Source: the human T2T-CHM13v2.0 reference genome, Homo sapiens. Taken from it: a stretch of 64,000 nt of DNA. The notes below the pieces were generated by a model that had not been told where the DNA came from, made no database searches, and was given only the letters and a program-made list of their open reading frames with translations. The stretch lies in NCBI RefSeq assembly GCF_009914755.1, contig NC_060947.1. One strand, given 5' to 3'. Positions within the stretch are counted from its first letter, which is position 1; each line of letters opens with the position of its first letter. Shown piece by piece: positions 59,214 to 64,000 of this stretch. Both the position numbers and the translations under genes were made by a program.

Positions 59214-62200
59214 CATGCAACAAAGCTTTGATTAAATTGGTTTGGGCAGATACTGTCTCATCAGCTGAGTCCAAATTCTAACCTGTGCTAGTTTTCTCTA
59301 TCACATGAAATCATCTTTTTCTCATGGCTTTTTATACACACCTAGAAGATCTGCATAAATGAAATGTCAATGTACTTTTAAAAGTTACTCAAACTCACTA
59401 CAAAGAATTTTTTAAAATCTTAAATATAGGTGCAGTTATGGTTTTTCATTTTCTCTGCCAATCAAAGCCTCTCTCTAAGGGCACCGTACCATAGTCACCT
59501 TCTAAGAGGCAAACATTGTTAATAATTTGTTTATTTTTTGACTTTTTTTAATACAGCAACATACACACATTTGTATACAAATCTACACATAAGCATTCAC
59601 CCACATGCACACATATGTACACATATGTGTATGGATACTATTGTGCATTCATATCTATGTATATATACAAGTATCTATACGTGCATACATAGGTTTAAGG
59701 AGTTTATGTGAATATTACTCTGTGTCCTCACATTTTGCTCTGCCTCTTCAATTTCAAGGGAAAGATAGTTTTAATATTCTAAGTGCTTAAAATAATTCAC
59801 TCATCTTCCTGATGAGAAAAATTTCAGTTGCAATGATCACCTATGTACATATATCTTTGTGTATATATCTGTAAGATAGATTCCTGGAAGCAAAAATGCT
59901 TCCAGAGGAGTAAAGTGGGTCTCTTTCTAAATTTTGTTGTATAATACCCAATGTCTTCTAAAACTCTACTTCAATTCTTCCTCCAACTAGCAAACTGTGA
60001 GAGTGCTCATTTTTCCATGCCCAAAGATAACTGAACTGAGTTTTGCCATTCAGCTAGGTAAAAGGATAATAAAATAAAATAAAGTAAAATTAACTAAAAT
60101 AAAGTTGATTTCACTTTCTTTACATATGAATGAGACTGGACATTGTTATTGATGAGTTCTAAGCCTTTCTTTCTTTTTGAGCTTCTGATAGTTCTGATGG
60201 ACTCATTTACAAGTTTTTCTCTATTTTTCTCTATTTTTTTGATGTCATTTAATTTCTCACTTTTATTCTGAATGTGCCATTCTCATCTACACACGATTTT
60301 CTACCTAACATGTGGCACTTCCCAACCTAGAGTGCACCGTGGGGCACGCATTTTGCACAAGCCAAATTTTGCAAATCCACAAAAGGGAAAAGGCGGAAAA
60401 TGGTACCCTTTGGAAATTGGCCAAAAATGTCAACGAAAGCAGTTTCATTTTCTACGTGGCATTTGTCATGCTCCATGCATGGAACATTTTAAATTGCATA
60501 TGTGACCTTTTAAACAATAGCAGGAAATGCCAAGAGAAAATGCGAAGCTCTTCATTGTCTTTCTTAAGCCCCTGCAGAAGCCATTTTTCATGGTCCACGG
60601 CTAGAGCCCATGATCAGGCTGTCAAAGCACCTGAAACAAACCATCAACATCTGCGCAGTTTTCTATCCTGGGAAACATCAGACACAGGCATGGCACTGCT
60701 CTGGAGAGCTTGTTCTTCTCCGCATTTATTCAGTAACAGCAGTTTGTAACACTACCTGAGTTGTTCCATGATATAAAGAGATTCAAGTCTTAATATGGTA
60801 TTATGGTGTTATGTAGTAGAAACCAAGCAAATCTCTATCACCATTTTAAGAACAGGATTATTATACATTATTAGGTTACTAAAGGGGGGTTTGTGTAAGT
60901 CTTTTATCAATGACCCTTAGGGATTAAAACTAGAAAGAGAAAATAATAAACTTCAGCTTTCTTCATCCAAGTACCATATCTACTACTGTCTGTGTAGCTT
61001 TTTAACCAAAGTAACAATAGATGTGTTGTTGACATTTGGATGTTATTAATGATAACATAAAGAAGAATATATGATGCCGAGTTCATATGAATATACATTC
61101 CTTTCTCTGTTTATTTGATAAGTATGTGTCCCTGTACATAAACTGTAAGTTCCCTGAGGTTAAAGACTTGGCATCCTTGTCTTGACCATTTTTTTCCTTG
61201 CATAAAGCAGATGAATGATAAATGCCTGTTAAATAAATGAATGAAATAAAAAACCTCTATGCTATAAAGACAAAATTTCAATATATTAAATTAATACCTG
61301 GGAAAATCATTGGCAAATTACTAAAAACAATTCAAAAATTTTGCAAGAATTTAATTATAGTCATTAAATGTATTATCCATAGTAGTAAGAAAATTATAAA
61401 CATATCGTTAAACTAAATTTCTAAATTTCTATAAACAGCAAATACAGTGTAATTTATTATGCAATTAAATTACAATGAGTGGTATAGGCACTGCTCAATA
61501 AATGTAGGTAGCTGAAAATGAGTAAATGTTAACGCCTATTAAACTAACCAAAACTACAGGTATGGAAGCTCTGTATTTTGATATTTATCTCCCCAACATT
61601 TGATATCGCCCTTTAGTAGTTTGTACATGGCTATACTTTCTGAAGAAGAAGAAGAACAGCACATTAATGTCTCTGCAAGTCTTAGCTATCATCATAAACT
61701 AATTCCATCCAGCACCTGGAATTTTCCCAAGAACACAGCAGGTGTTCAATAAATAACAGTTAAATTAAGAGACAGAGGAATTGTGGGATATTCCTACTGA
61801 AACTTGAGGTGCATGTAATTAACTTAATCTTTTTCTTGCTTACATTATCTGCTGCAGAGAGACAATGAAGAGAGAAGTCGGTAAAGTTAGTGTGGAGAAG
61901 GGATACCCCCTTATGACCCCACCCCAAAGGGGTATGTGTTGGGGCGGATAAGGAGATAGGTTTAAAAGAGAGGTCATTCTATCATTCTCATAGTCAGAGG
62001 GCTACAAAGGAGGTGATGCCATGTCAAATAACACCTTCTAGAAATAGACCAGCATAGAAAAGTTGGATATGCTTGCTGTATGCATGAAAGGAAGGAAAGC
62101 AAGGGGCCAGACAAATGTCTTAGATATGGCCTGGGACAAGCTGAGCACCAGCTTCCCTTAGCCACCAGCAACTATGTGAAATGAAAAAGATATTACCATC

Positions 62201-62998
62201 TAGTGCCTCAATTCCCTCCTCTGCAAAATGAGAAAAATTCATGAGACTGTGGTTATCAGTATTAGGAATCATGTGCTCCCAAGTGTGTGGACCAAGGTCA
62301 GGAGAGCTCTGAGAACAATCCCAACAAGAGTCAATCACGTAAACACATGTCCTATTCTCCAAGCCCTGAGCTAAGGTAACACCTCCTGCAGAGATGAAGC
62401 TGGGAAGTACGCTACTAATGTCTTTTTAGTTTTTATTTTTGTAAGTACTTCATAATAATCTCAGGGTTGAGCTAAATTTTGAGTGTTTAACCTTACTCTA
62501 TTGTTCCAGTATTAATATATGAATAAATATATATTGTATATTCTCTATTAATATATTTAGATAAAAACTAAACTATTTTCATCTTAAGAATGTCAAGAAG
62601 CTACTAGTGGCACAGTGTCAGTATTGCATACCTGAGATGGACAAGCAGCAGATAATCAGAATGCTATACCTTTACCTTAATATTCACTTTTGCTCTCGTT
62701 TTAATTTTCTTTGATCTGAATCTCATTTTGAGACACATAAAAGTAGACCATAGAATCAGAACAAGATGCATACTCATTCCCATAAAATACCAAGTTTTAT
62801 GCTGCTATATGAAGGAATATAAAAATAACAACATAATTTCAATTTTTCATCAACAGTAAGATTTTAAGACTCAATCAAAGAACATCCCTAGAAATCTTGT
62901 AAAAACACTAGTGTCTTACAATCTTAATAACCCTGAACTGAGCAAAAAACATATATATATAAAGCAGGATTTTTATTGATATGAAGTGTATTTTTGAG

Positions 62999-63223
62999 TG
63001 GTGGTTCACAACCAGGGGTGGTTTCGCCTCAGAGGCAATATTTGACAATGTCTGGAGATATTTTTGGTTTTCATAACTTGTGGTAGTGGTGCCACTGTCA
63101 TCTACTGGGCAGAGCCCAGGCATGCTGCTAAACTAAACCTCCTACAATGCATAGGACACCTCCTACAACAAAGACGGGGTGATCAGCTCCACATGTCATG
63201 AGTGCCAAAGTTGACAAATACTG
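62999..63223 (+). mobile_element. MER20 (hAT) DNA transposon relic
   Basis: gtggttcacaaccagggg...tttgacaatgtctggagatattttt...gttgacaaatactg. Confidence 0.85.
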
Positions 63224-63229
63224 TTTTGT

Positions 63230-63435
63230 AGGAAAAAGAGAGAGGAAGAAAAAGAAAAGGAAGCAAAGGAAAAGAAAGAGAGGGGAAGGAGGGATGTAGA
63301 AAGGAAGGAAGGAAAAAATGGAAGGAAGGAAGGGAGGGAGGGAGGGAGGGAGCAACAGTGGTAGAGAGGGAGGAATAGTTGGAGAGAAGATGGAGAAAAT
63401 GAACAGAGGGAGAGAGTAAGAGAGAAAGGAAAACA
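63230..63435. repeat. GA-rich simple repeat (GGAA/GGGA)
   Basis: Directly visible purine tract. Confidence 0.9.
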
Positions 63436-64000
63436 GGCTGGCATGACTGATGGTCTGATATGTGCTATAACAAGTTATTTATTCCTAAGAGTATCCTTAA
63501 AAACTAGCAATTTTATTCTCCATTTTACTGTGAGGACGTGAATACCTTGCGAGGTCAATGACTTGCTCCAGACTTTGTGGGTTCCAAGGTCCTGCTTCCC
63601 TGGAAGCATCTTTTTAAAATAAGATCAAATAAGAAAGTGCAGTGACTTGATTCATCTGCACTGCTACAAGATCCCTTCTTATGTCTCCTGTCTTACATCC
63701 TGTGTTCCAGAAAATGGAACCCTCATGAAAGGAATGCAGTTTTCACATAAGGAGGCAATGCCTACTTTCTAAAAGCGTCCTTTCCTTAGAGTATTAAAGG
63801 AGATTCTGCTACAGTCTGCTCCTAGAACTTAGATATCTTTCAAAACCAATACTGGATGAGTTTCATTCACATAAAAAAAAAGCCATTACCATTTTAATTA
63901 TATTTTTCTTCTCAGCCTCCTATTCTAGATTAGTATTCATTATTACAACAGACAACTATATTCCTGCCAAGTGTGTAATACTACAAAATCTCTTTTTATA

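Overview
Primate (human-like) genomic DNA from inside the neuroligin-4 gene, transcribed on the minus strand. The peptides DIHDQNSKK and GANTKKNADDITSNDRGEDE match my recollection of X-linked NLGN4X rather than NLGN4Y. Only two coding exons can be supported: a 153-nt constitutive exon (1456-1608) and the 60-nt alternative splice-site-A (A2-type) cassette (4889-4948). The rest, about 59 kb, is one large intron full of Alu, L1, L2, MIR, MaLR/ERV solo LTRs, DNA-transposon relics and simple repeats; the other ORF-track entries look like noise or repeat-derived frames. I found no new protein-coding system. The structure least explained by known features is a cluster of old, short (100-230 bp), non-adjacent local duplications between about 39.7 and 57.2 kb, plus a ~125-bp-arm fold-back at 14.8-15.5 kb. 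Also notable are the splicing signals around the A2 exon (weak donor, 85-nt AG-free tract, UGCAUG motifs) and several inverted or nested Alu pairs. Repeat family names come from memory of consensus sequences, identities were counted by eye, and boundaries of old repeats are approximate.
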